Shown: positions 43,209 to 51,415 of the stretch, piece after piece | Layout: every line of letters starts with the position of its first letter | Position numbering within the stretch: the first letter of the stretch is position 1 | Source of the DNA: Acidobacteriota bacterium | Lineage (GTDB): Bacteria; Acidobacteriota; UBA6911; JACQSX01 | Assembly (NCBI GenBank): GCA_016211105.1 | Contig: JACQSX010000028.1 | Location: 8,635 to 72,634, forward strand | Direction: 5' to 3' | Length of the DNA stretch: 64,000 nucleotides | Translations under genes and position numbers: made by a program | The notes under the pieces: model-generated | Database searches by the model: none | The model's input: the letters and a program-made list of their open reading frames with translations, nothing else | What the model was told of the DNA's origin: nothing

Positions 43209-44279
43209 ATGCAGAACTTGGAACACAGAAGGGGTGTTCTTCAGAGGCCCTATCTCATTATTCTGGGCGCCGCTGTGGGACTCACCATGGTCCTTGAGGG
43301 TTGGGCTCTCATGCAGGAGGACAGGCTGGTAATCAATCAGGCATTGCTAGCAGCTCTCCCGCTGCTTCCGCTTCTGGTGGGCCTGACCCTTTGGGCTGTC
43401 TCGCCGCTCACTCCAGGCGGCAAGCGTAGAAAATGGTGGAACTGGCTTCTGCATTGGATAGGGGGAACCGCTGCTGTACTTGTTGCCGTCGTCGTGGTCC
43501 ACCTGGCATGGGTTTTCATGTTTCCTTACCACACTGCTGTGGCTTCCAATCGGCAGACGCTCTCAGTCGCCGACGCCTATAATTATCGCCACTTTGGCTA
43601 CTCCTTCTATGTCCGCGGAAAACAGCGCCGCGTCGCGGAGGGTCAACACGTACTGGACGAGACATTGACCAACCTTCAAGGTAACAGAATTCAGCTTTCC
43701 AGCCTTTGGCAGGAAAGGCCAATCGTGGTGGAGTTTGGCAGCATTACCTGTCCCGTGTTTTGCGGCAAGATTGCGTCGATGGAGGAACTGGCCCGCAAGT
43801 ACGCAGGAAAAGCAAATTTCTACGTGTTGTACGTCAGGGAAGCCCATCCGGGACAGAATTACCCAGCGCACCGAAGCTTCACACAAAAGTTAAACTACGC
43901 TCACGCTCTGGAACGTCTGGAAAAGGTCGAGCGCACGATCTTGATCTATGATCTGGAAGGAACAATGAACCGGGATTACGGCGCGATGCCCAATTCTGTG
44001 TACGTCATTGGAAAGGATGGAATAATCGCCTACCGCGCGGACTGGAACGATCTTGCCCAAGTCGAAAGAACACTTGAGGCTGTCTTGGGAAGTGGCGGCA
44101 ATGCGGCCGGCATTTGGCCGACCGGGATGCAGGACAACTTCGTGAAAGTAGATACTGGAGTTTTGGGTGGGTCTTTCAGGGTCCTGAGACGTTCGGGGTT
44201 TGCCGCCGTTGCAGACTTTGTCATGTCCTTTCCGAGTATGTCGATGGGGCGTGTGCAGGGAGGACGGTCCAGGAATTGA
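43209..44279 (+). CDS. Membrane-anchored deiodinase-like thioredoxin-fold protein (Cys form)
   Basis: 3 TM; PIVVEFGSITCP, YVREAHP, YGAMPN resemble iodothyronine deiodinase motifs. Confidence 0.8.
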   Translation: MQNLEHRRGVLQRPYLIILGAAVGLTMVLEGWALMQEDRLVINQALLAALPLLPLLVGLTLWAVSPLTPGGKRRKWWNWLLHWIGGTAAVLVAVVVVHLAWVFMFPYHTAVASNRQTLSVADAYNYRHFGYSFYVRGKQRRVAEGQHVLDETLTNLQGNRIQLSSLWQERPIVVEFGSITCPVFCGKIASMEELARKYAGKANFYVLYVREAHPGQNYPAHRSFTQKLNYAHALERLEKVERTILIYDLEGTMNRDYGAMPNSVYVIGKDGIIAYRADWNDLAQVERTLEAVLGSGGNAAGIWPTGMQDNFVKVDTGVLGGSFRVLRRSGFAAVADFVMSFPSMSMGRVQGGRSRN

Positions 44280-44324
44280 ACCTATACGTCGATTTATTAC
44301 GCCAAGCATGAGGAGGGAACCAAG

Positions 44325-44657
44325 ATGAAACGAAGGGATGTACTGTATTTTATGGGTCTTTCAGTAACAGGGCTTCTAACTCTTCGAGGGTTTGCCCAGG
44401 AAGAATCGGGTAAAGAGAAGAAAGAAGAGGTTGTAACGTTGGCTATCACCGGCATGACTTGAGATTCCTGTGTCCAAACGGTGCAGTCTGCACTGGAATC
44501 GGTTAAGGGGGTCAAAGAAGCCAAGGTATCGCTGGAGGATAATGAGGCGGTGGTGAAATTTGACCCGAGCATGGCAAAGGTCGAGGATCTCATTAAAGCC
44601 GTCAAAGATGCCAAGGGGATGAACCGCTACGACGCTGAGGTCAAAAAGAAAAAATAA
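44325..44657 (+). CDS. Predicted selenoprotein: Tat-type exported HMA protein, GMT-U-DS-C (110 aa)
   Basis: AGGAGG RBS, MKRRDVL leader, in-frame TGA 44460-44462 at first Cys of the HMA motif, intact HMA domain to TAA; not in ORF track. Confidence 0.88.
44463..44500 (+). promoter_or_regulatory. SECIS-like hairpin
   Basis: Upper stem CGGUGCA/UGCACUG with GUC loop, 23 nt between UGA and loop; lower GAUUC/GAAUC. Confidence 0.7.
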
Positions 44658-44731
44658 ACTCCAGCACCGCTCTCGGGGCCCCGAATACAGCCAAAGGCGG
44701 CGCAAAATATACAGCCGCCTGATGAGTCTCA

Positions 44732-44972
44732 TTATCCCTTCTTCTCTGTGAGCATACGGTCCAGCGACCAAGCGCCGCCCCCTTTGATGAGCAGCGCGAT
44801 GACAATCGCCAGAGCCAGCAGGTGGTACTCAAAACCCTCGCCCTGCTGCGCGCCTGTCCAATTCATGAAGAATCCGTTCGAGAGATGCACGGCGAAAATG
44901 GCGACAAGCATCACGCACCCGATCCCGAGTGCGGCCACCCGGCTCAGCAAGCCGACGATGAGCCCCAGCGCG
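44732..44972 (-). pseudogene. DoxX-family C-terminal fragment
   Basis: GLIVGLLSRVAAL..VHLSNGFFMNW..GEGFEYHLL..GGGAWSLD; N-terminus missing. Confidence 0.8.
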
Positions 44973-45115
44973 CCGCCTGGCGAAGGTACGGGGTTGGGGC
45001 TCACCATTTGCTATGGGATTGTCAAGCGGTACCAGGGGAAAATCTGGGCACAGAAGTCCTCCCTTGGCGGCGCCGAATTCGTGGTGGAACTTCCAACTGC
45101 CCGATCCGCTTGCCC
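44970..45115 (+). pseudogene. Histidine kinase HATPase C-terminal fragment
   Basis: GEGTGLGLTICYGIVKRYQGKI..GGAEFVVELP. Confidence 0.78.
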
Positions 45116-45219
45116 GGCGGCAGACCCACCTTCTACTTCCAGCGAGAAAGTGGAAATCGGGTTGACAGCCGGCGCTGTACGGGTGGACTGGCGACGCATT
45201 AGCAATCCGAGGATAACCC

Positions 45220-45390
45220 ATGTCGAAAATCCTAGTGGTAGATGATGAGCCGGCAGTTACTCATTTGCTGAGGTGGTTCTTAGAGAAAAAGGGCCATGAA
45301 GTGGTCACGGCTGCCGACGGAGTTGAGGCGCTGGCCAGCGTGCAACAGGAAAATCCTAAAGTTGTGCTTCTTGATATCTCCATGCCCCTA
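45220..45390 (+). pseudogene. Response-regulator receiver N-terminal fragment, in frame with the next gene
   Basis: KILVVDDE..VVLLDISMP then breaks off. Confidence 0.75.
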
Positions 45391-45417
45391 GCCACGGCGG
45401 TAACAGGGGGAAACACC

Positions 45418-45801
45418 TTGAGCCATAGTCATGCGGATAAATGGGGACCGTTGGGCAGCATTTTTGCCGCTCTCTGCTGCTTGGGAGCGGCGCCTGCCTT
45501 AGCCGCGGTCTCCGCGTTGGGCTTGGGTTTTTTAATTAACGACATTATTCTGATTCCGCTCCTGGTGGTCTTTCTTGGCGCGACGATCTGGGCTCTCCGG
45601 AGAGATCGCAGCCGCCACGGGCGCACGGGACCGCAACGGCTTGCTTGGCTGGCGTCGCTTTTTACCGTGAGCGGTCTCTGGGTTTCCGGCGTGGTCGTGA
45701 GTTTGGGACTCATTCTGCTGGTGGCGGCCTCGATTTGGAATGTCGTTGTTACCTGGCAAACAAAATTCCCCCTTGACTCCGTACCTAAGTCCAGGGTTTA
45801 G
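45418..45801 (+). CDS. MerC-like membrane mercury transport protein
   Basis: TTG start with RBS; ADKWGPLGSIFAALCCLG; near-identical paralog at 53346. Confidence 0.75.
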   Translation: MSHSHADKWGPLGSIFAALCCLGAAPALAAVSALGLGFLINDIILIPLLVVFLGATIWALRRDRSRHGRTGPQRLAWLASLFTVSGLWVSGVVVSLGLILLVAASIWNVVVTWQTKFPLDSVPKSRV

Positions 45802-45804
45802 ACT
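45773..45804 (+). promoter_or_regulatory. MerR-type promoter/operator
   Basis: TTGACT-CCGTACCTAAGTCCAGGGTT(20 nt)-TAGACT; left half resembles the mer operator TTGACTCCGTAC. Confidence 0.8.
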
Positions 45805-45825
45805 CAGTTTGAAAGGAGAACGAGG

Positions 45826-46257
45826 GTGAACGGGCTGACTATTGGACATGTAGCCAAGCAAGCGGAGGTCCACGTTGAGACGGTCCGCTATTACGAGCGA
45901 CGCGGAATCCTGCCGGAGCCAGCGAGGAGCCCATCTGGCTACCGTCAGTACGACACAGAAACGGTGCGGCTTATTCGGTTCATCAAGCGCGCGCAGGACC
46001 TCGGCTTCACACTTGGCGAGATCAAGCAGTTAATTGAGCTTCGGAGAAACTCCAGGCGGAACAGATCCGCCGTAAGCGCACTTGCGACGGCAAAGCTCAG
46101 TGACATCGACAAGAAGATTCTCCAGTTGCAGGCGATGCGAAAAGCACTCGAACTTCTTGTTGATGCTTGCGCTTGCAAAGATCATAAGCTGGACTGTCCG
46201 ATCATCGAAGCGCTCAACGACGACGAAAAGGGAATGATCATCAAAAAGGAGAAATAA
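45826..46257 (+). CDS. MerR-family metal-responsive regulator 1
   Basis: VETVRYYERRG, FIKRAQDLGFTL, loop CACKDHKLDCPII. Confidence 0.93.
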   Translation: MNGLTIGHVAKQAEVHVETVRYYERRGILPEPARSPSGYRQYDTETVRLIRFIKRAQDLGFTLGEIKQLIELRRNSRRNRSAVSALATAKLSDIDKKILQLQAMRKALELLVDACACKDHKLDCPIIEALNDDEKGMIIKKEK

Positions 46258-46259
46258 CA

Positions 46260-46526
46260 ATGAAAAAACGAAGTGTTGAATTATTTACAGCAGCATGTCC
46301 CTGTTGTGACGAGACGATAAAGCTCGTCCAGGGCATGGTTTGTCCTAGCTGTGACGTTCAGATCCATGACATGCGTTCTGACAAGGCTGCTCAGGAGAAG
46401 GCAAAACAATACGGCATCGGCAGCGTTCCGGCGGTCGTGGTCGACGGACGACTGGCTGACTGCTGCTTGGGCCGGGGTGTCAGGGAAGCATCCCTGCGCG
46501 CCGCCGGCGTCGGCGTCCCCCTGTAG
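46260..46526 (+). CDS. Small Cys-rich thioredoxin-fold protein
   Basis: ELFTAACPCC, CPSC, YGIGSVPAVVVDG, CC. Confidence 0.82.
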   Translation: MKKRSVELFTAACPCCDETIKLVQGMVCPSCDVQIHDMRSDKAAQEKAKQYGIGSVPAVVVDGRLADCCLGRGVREASLRAAGVGVPL

Positions 46527-46606
46527 AAAACTGACAAATGAAGAAAATCTTGCACTGCGGACCGCCGCAGGGTCGAGGCGGCAGTGATCAATAGGGCTTT
46601 TTTACC

Positions 46607-47098
46607 ATGAGGAGTGATGTGAAAATGAATACCAGGACATTTCGACAGGACCTCGGCGCTACCTTAAGCGGCGGCTTGCGGCGGGCCACGGTGAGTGAAA
46701 TTCTCTCGGTCTACGGCGCCCTTCTTAGCTCGTTCGCCACCCTGGTTTGTTGCGCGCTGCCGGCACTGTTGGTTTTGCTCGGATTTGGAGTGACAAGCGT
46801 TCTGACTTTTTTAACGGCGATCCCAGGGTGGCAAGACTTCTCCAGCTACGAAATTTGGCTGTTTCCGCTGAGCGGAATCTTGTTGGCTGCGGGCTTTTAT
46901 TTCGCTTACTTTCGCCAAAACCCAGCCCAAGGTGAGGTTTGCGAAATTGCAGGGGGAGGCCAGGAAAGCGCCTGCTCTACCACCACACGCTGGAATCGCC
47001 GGCTTCTTTGGTTCTCAGTTTTCCTCTATAGCCTAGCCTTGGTAACAAACTTTTGGGGAATCGGTTGGATGAAAGCTCACGGGTACTTTGATCGCTAA
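46607..47098 (+). CDS. MerT-like membrane transporter
   Basis: TLVCCALP in TM1, CEI..SAC loop, 3 TM. Confidence 0.75.
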   Translation: MRSDVKMNTRTFRQDLGATLSGGLRRATVSEILSVYGALLSSFATLVCCALPALLVLLGFGVTSVLTFLTAIPGWQDFSSYEIWLFPLSGILLAAGFYFAYFRQNPAQGEVCEIAGGGQESACSTTTRWNRRLLWFSVFLYSLALVTNFWGIGWMKAHGYFDR

Positions 47099-47116
47099 GT
47101 ACCTCGAGGAGACCAC

Positions 47117-48031
47117 TTGAAAACAAAAAGATGGGTTATGTCTTTTCTGCTTTTGGGTTGCGTCGGACTTGCAGACCCAGGGCTGCGGGCCCAGGCGATC
47201 ATGGCGCCGAGTGGTAGAACGCTATTTAGCGGCGCGACTTTGGTGCGCTCGTTTGCTCAAGTCAACCACTTTGCCCTTCGCTCCGATGGAGATTCAAAGG
47301 AGATCACCCAGTACATTACGCCCCTTGCTGTTGTTTATGGGTTTCATCCTAAATGGACGGTCGTCGTGGCTCAGCCGTATGTAACCGTAGACATTACCAG
47401 CCACAGGGGGGATGAAACGCGACGAGAAAACATAAACGGTCTCGGCGATTCGCAGATGTTTATTCAATATGATGGGATTTATAGCCGCAACACCCCGGGA
47501 GGGCTGACCCGGCTCTCCGGTATTCTTGGTCTCCAGGCGCCCACGGGCGCACGACGGTTCTCCACCGGCGCTTTCGAATACACCGGGGGGCTAATTTTCG
47601 AAAAGCAGGCGAACTTGAAATATGTTTTCACTGCTGATTTTGAATACACCTTCGCTACTGAGAATGATCGCGGATTAACAGTGGGCGACCGAGCCAGGTT
47701 TGATGCCGTGCCAGGGTACTTTGTTATTTCTCGGGAGAAACCTCTTCCGGATGCGAGCTGGCTCCGGAAGGTCTATGATCGGGCGTTTCGCGACGGGGCA
47801 TATTTCATTTTGGAATTCAATGGCGCCTGGCAGGCCCATGCTCGTAGCCAGGGGACTGGGGTTGCCAACTCCGGCGGAACCACACTTTCGATTTCACCCG
47901 GCATCCAGTATTTTCCAGGCCGCAGCTTCTTGATCGAGTTTTCTTACGCGATTCCGGTGGCCAGGGAGCTAAATGGGACACAGCCCGAGCTGGAATCAAC
48001 TTTTCTCTTTGGTTTCCGCTATCTGTTTTAG
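47117..48031 (+). CDS. Outer-membrane transporter-like protein (MetA-pathway/SphA-type barrel)
   Basis: Signal peptide, GLGD, LQAPTG, NSGGTTLSISPGIQY, C-terminal YLF. Confidence 0.75.
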   Translation: MKTKRWVMSFLLLGCVGLADPGLRAQAIMAPSGRTLFSGATLVRSFAQVNHFALRSDGDSKEITQYITPLAVVYGFHPKWTVVVAQPYVTVDITSHRGDETRRENINGLGDSQMFIQYDGIYSRNTPGGLTRLSGILGLQAPTGARRFSTGAFEYTGGLIFEKQANLKYVFTADFEYTFATENDRGLTVGDRARFDAVPGYFVISREKPLPDASWLRKVYDRAFRDGAYFILEFNGAWQAHARSQGTGVANSGGTTLSISPGIQYFPGRSFLIEFSYAIPVARELNGTQPELESTFLFGFRYLF

Positions 48032-48085
48032 GTTCTGAATGAAACTCAGGGATGAGACAAGCAAGTCTTTTAGGAGGGTTTAATC

Positions 48086-48598
48086 ATGCGAAAGATAATC
48101 AGCCTGTGGCTTCTATTCGTGTCTATAAGCTTTCTTTCCACAGTGCCGGCCGCGGCCCAGGTGGTGAAGGCTATGGTCAAAATCAACGGCATGATATGAG
48201 GCCTCTGAGCTAAAGGGGCTCAGAAGGCCCTCGAACGCCTGGATGGCGTTGATCACGCAGAAGTGAATTTGGTAAAGGGAGAGGCGCAGGTCGTTCCCAA
48301 ACAGCGACAATCCTTCGATCCCATCCTAATTCCCAAAGCGGTCAGTGAAGCGGGCTTCACAGCACCTGAGGTCGTTGTGACCGTTGACGGGACTCTGATC
48401 AAGGGTGAGGAATTTCCCGAGCTGAATGTACCTGGGCTCGAACACTCATTTATGCTTGCTGGCGGAAAACAGGCCGCGGTGCTCGGAAAGCGCACCGACC
48501 TTACCGGGAAGAGAGTCCGTATAAGTGGCAAACTCCATCCCAGCCACGGCGACGCCCTACCAGGTCTAACAGTTGAAAACTTCCAGGTGGCGCCATGA
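48086..48598 (+). CDS. Predicted double-selenocysteine exported HMA protein, GMI-U-GL-U (170 aa)
   Basis: AGGAGG RBS, signal peptide (AAA-Q), in-frame TGAs at 48197 and 48206 at both Cys positions of GMxCxxC; same frame as ORF 48263-48598. Confidence 0.85.
48200..48252 (+). promoter_or_regulatory. Tandem hairpins (candidate SECIS elements) after the UxxU codons
   Basis: 12-bp stem 48200-48229 enclosing the second UGA; AACGCC-UGGAU-GGCGUU with 31 nt between second UGA and loop. Confidence 0.55.
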
Positions 48599-48741
48599 CT
48601 GCAAGGACTAAAAAATCTGAGAGTCAAGGTAGCAGGGACGTGCCTGCTATCCAGAAGCTCGAGGAATCTTTGCGTAGCCTGCATTTCTCGCAAGATTTGA
48701 ATGCGACTGGAAGCTGCTACATCCCCGCTCGTTGGCTGGTG

Positions 48742-48851
48742 GTAGAGACGCCCCGGCGGGGCGTCTCTACGATATCGACATCGCCAAGTGAGTTTTCACA
48801 GAGTAAACACCCTGGCATTCGCTCCAACAGGAAATGTTTTGTGAGAAATGC
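48742..48851 (+). repeat. About 110-bp REP-containing repeat, copy A (inverted copy at 61624-61732)
   Basis: GTAGAGACGCCCCGGCGGGGCGTCTCTAC hairpin plus about 80 bp of shared flank. Confidence 0.85.
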
Positions 48852-48854
48852 GGC

Positions 48855-49250
48855 CTAGCGAGGCAGCAGAGGCCGGATCAGCTCGACCGGGACACCAAAA
48901 TTACTCCCCGCAAAACCAGCCAAGATAGCGAAGTTGATACCAATGACTTCCCCCCGAGAGTTGAAGATCGGTCCGCCGCTGCCTCCCTGTGTCGTCTGGG
49001 CGTCGTAGACCAGCCGGTCGGGGAGCACATCTCCAAGGTGTCCTTGAGTGGCGATAGGACGAATCAAGTTGCGGCGAGCCAGCGCCTGCGCCAGTTGTTC
49101 CAGACTGGAAGGTCCTTAGGAAATGACACTATCGATGGTTTGCTTGCTGTAGCGGGCCAGCATAGCTTCATAGCCGGCTGGATACCCCAACAGCAGGATC
49201 GGTTCCCCGGACCTTGGTTTAGCCCCGGACAAACTCAATACGGTTCGACG
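48855..49250 (-). pseudogene. Trypsin-like serine protease C-terminal fragment with in-frame TAA
   Basis: LLGYP..YDAQTTQGGSGGPIFNSRGEVIGIN; stop at 49116-49118. Confidence 0.78.
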
Positions 49251-49251
49251 G

Positions 49252-49617
49252 GCGCCCGTTACGTTTGAACTCAAGAACTGGCTGGACCATCCCTTCGAGT
49301 CCTTATTGCATGGGGGTTGGCATGCTCCTGTAATCGTGGTCAACGGCAAGCTTTTCAGTCAGGGAGTGGTTCCGAAACCGGATCGCCTTGAACACAGGAT
49401 TCGCGAGGCGTTGGCAGAACGGCACTCTCGCTGCCCGGTTTGCGGCAACGTTGTATTTGGCGAGGACTATTCGAGCCATCGAAGAGAGGAAACGAAACGG
49501 CGCGTTATCAAGCTTATTCAGGCAGAGCACCCCGAATGGGTGGGTGCGGACGGCATGTGCCCCCAATGCCTGGCTGCCTATGAACGACGGCTGGAGCGGG
49601 GAGAGCTCGTTGTTTAG
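49252..49617 (+). pseudogene. 5'-truncated thioredoxin-fold protein with Zn-finger-like tail
   Basis: FELKNWLDHPFESLLHGGWHAPVIVVNGKLFSQG..CPVC..CPQC; N-terminus replaced by the protease fragment. Confidence 0.6.
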
Positions 49618-49660
49618 GAATGAAGAATGAAGCGTGTCTTAATTCTCCGGAGGGACCAAC

Positions 49661-49981
49661 GTGACATACATATGGGCATTGTTTACGGTACTGTTTTTGC
49701 TAGGACTTTACCTCTCCATACCTTCGGCCATATTAGTGAACAGGCTGCGCCATCGGAGAGTTTTGAATAGGGGAGGCGGGCAACAGGCACAAACGGTGAA
49801 GAGATTTGTAGATAAGCTCGAAGACTGTTGGACTTGCACATCGAAATTCTGGTTTCAGTTGGAGCCCAAAGCAGTGGCGGCAAACAAAGAGCCAATCGAG
49901 ACGCCAGAGCAGATAAGTTCTGCAGAGGCTTCCTGTCCTGTGAAAAGCAAAGCGCCGACTATGCCCGATCCATGCTGCTGA
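49661..49981 (+). CDS. Small membrane protein, Cys-rich
   Basis: GGAGG RBS, N-terminal TM, CWTC, terminal CC. Confidence 0.55.
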   Translation: MTYIWALFTVLFLLGLYLSIPSAILVNRLRHRRVLNRGGGQQAQTVKRFVDKLEDCWTCTSKFWFQLEPKAVAANKEPIETPEQISSAEASCPVKSKAPTMPDPCC

Positions 49982-50061
49982 GGTCCGTGATGACGCCGGC
50001 GTCGCATTCGCTAAAGGTTGGCCTCGCGCTCTTCTGTGGCAGCAGTCGGGGCGCCGTGGAA

Positions 50062-50966
50062 ATGGGCTTTTACATTTTTATCGCGGCGTCCGTGTGCAGC
50101 CTCGTCATGAGCGCCGATACCAGGCCAGATATCCACGCCGCACAACGGTCTCCCGTCTTCCGCACCAATGTGGAAATGGTGGTGATCCGGGCGGCGGTGA
50201 CTGATCCTCTTGACCGCTATGTAGTGGGGTTGGAGAGGGAGCACTTTAAGGTATTTGATAATAAGGTGGAACAGCTTATCACCCACTTTTCTGACCATAA
50301 CGCCCCGTTGAGCGTGGGAATTGTCTTGGACACCAGCGACAGCATGTCAGAGAAACTGGTGAGCGCGAAGAATTCCACAATGCGGTTCCTAAAACAAGGT
50401 ACTCCGAGGATGAGTATTGTCTGCTGAGATTTAACGATCGGGTGATGCTGGTCCAGGACTTTACACCGAGAAACGACGACATCCGCAAGCGGATGTCTTT
50501 CCTCAACACCAAGGGGCGCACAGCACTTTATGATGCCGTTTACGCCGGTTTGCAGAAGCTGTCAGAAGGGCGCAACGACAAGAAGGCTTTGATTGTTATT
50601 ACCGACGGGGAAGCCAACAACAGTCGTTACACGTTTGCCGACGTAAAGGAATTTGCCAAGGAAACCGGCGCCCAAATTTATGTCATCGGAGAAAGGGGCA
50701 ACCAAGGTTACGGTCCCGCTGTGATCAGTGAAATCGTAAGCCTCACCGGCGGGCGCGCTTTTTTCCCCGACAATCTAAAGTCACTGGACTATTACGTTGA
50801 CCTGATCCACACCGAACTGCGAAACCAGTATGTTCTCGGCTATATCCCCACCAACGCCTCCCATGATGGCAAATGGCACAAGGTGCAGGTCCGGCTGGAA
50901 CCCCCTGAAGGCGTTCCCAAATTGAGCGTACGCGCCAAATCGGGCTATTTTGCGTCGAAACAGTGA
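50062..50966 (+). pseudogene. Acidobacterial-type VWA domain protein, frameshift near 50400
   Basis: FRTNVEMV..LDTSDSM then, in another frame, EDEYCLLRFND..TALYDA..ITDG..LRNQYVLGY. Confidence 0.82.
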
Positions 50967-51378
50967 TCGACCCATCCACAACAAAGAGAGAATTCCCACG
51001 AACACTTCGGTCTGCATGCCGGCCCACTGATTGCACACCTCATTCGTTGCGAACTCAGAGCGCCACTCCAGCCTGTACAGATGATGTCGTGCCCGAATCG
51101 CTAGACCAAAGTCCTTTGTTAATCACGGTCATCATAAATCTGTAAGCGACAAGCTATAACTTCGACTCACATGTCGCACTGAGACCGGCGGGAATGGAGA
51201 TGCGATGGAGAAAAACATAAAGACTCTGGCCTTGGTGTGCCGCCGGGACTTCTGTCGGCATACTCCACCACGTGTTACGCCACGAGGGCCTGAACGATTT
51301 TCTACATGAAGAGCGCAACCGGTGAAGAGCAAGTAGCGACGATGCCTGATCCGAGCAGCGCCCAGGAACATTTTTCGC

Positions 51379-51410
51379 TTGACTCTAAAGTCGACTGTAG
51401 GGCCTACGCT
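51379..51410 (+). promoter_or_regulatory. ZntR/CadR-type promoter/operator
   Basis: TTGACT-CTAAAGTCGACTGTAGGGCC(20 nt)-TACGCT; dyad CTCTAAAGTC/GACTGTAGGG. Confidence 0.82.
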
Positions 51411-51415
51411 AGCAG

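Noticed and set aside
44297-44614. Minus-strand ORFs over the Sec-HMA genes (also 48113-48310) and long antisense ORFs such as 40903-42270 and 7005-7907
   Set aside because: Shadow frames of real plus-strand genes with no motifs of their own.
50395-50430. Break in the VWA gene as recoding
   Set aside because: Simple one-base frameshift with no slippery or Sec signal; pseudogene or sequencing error.
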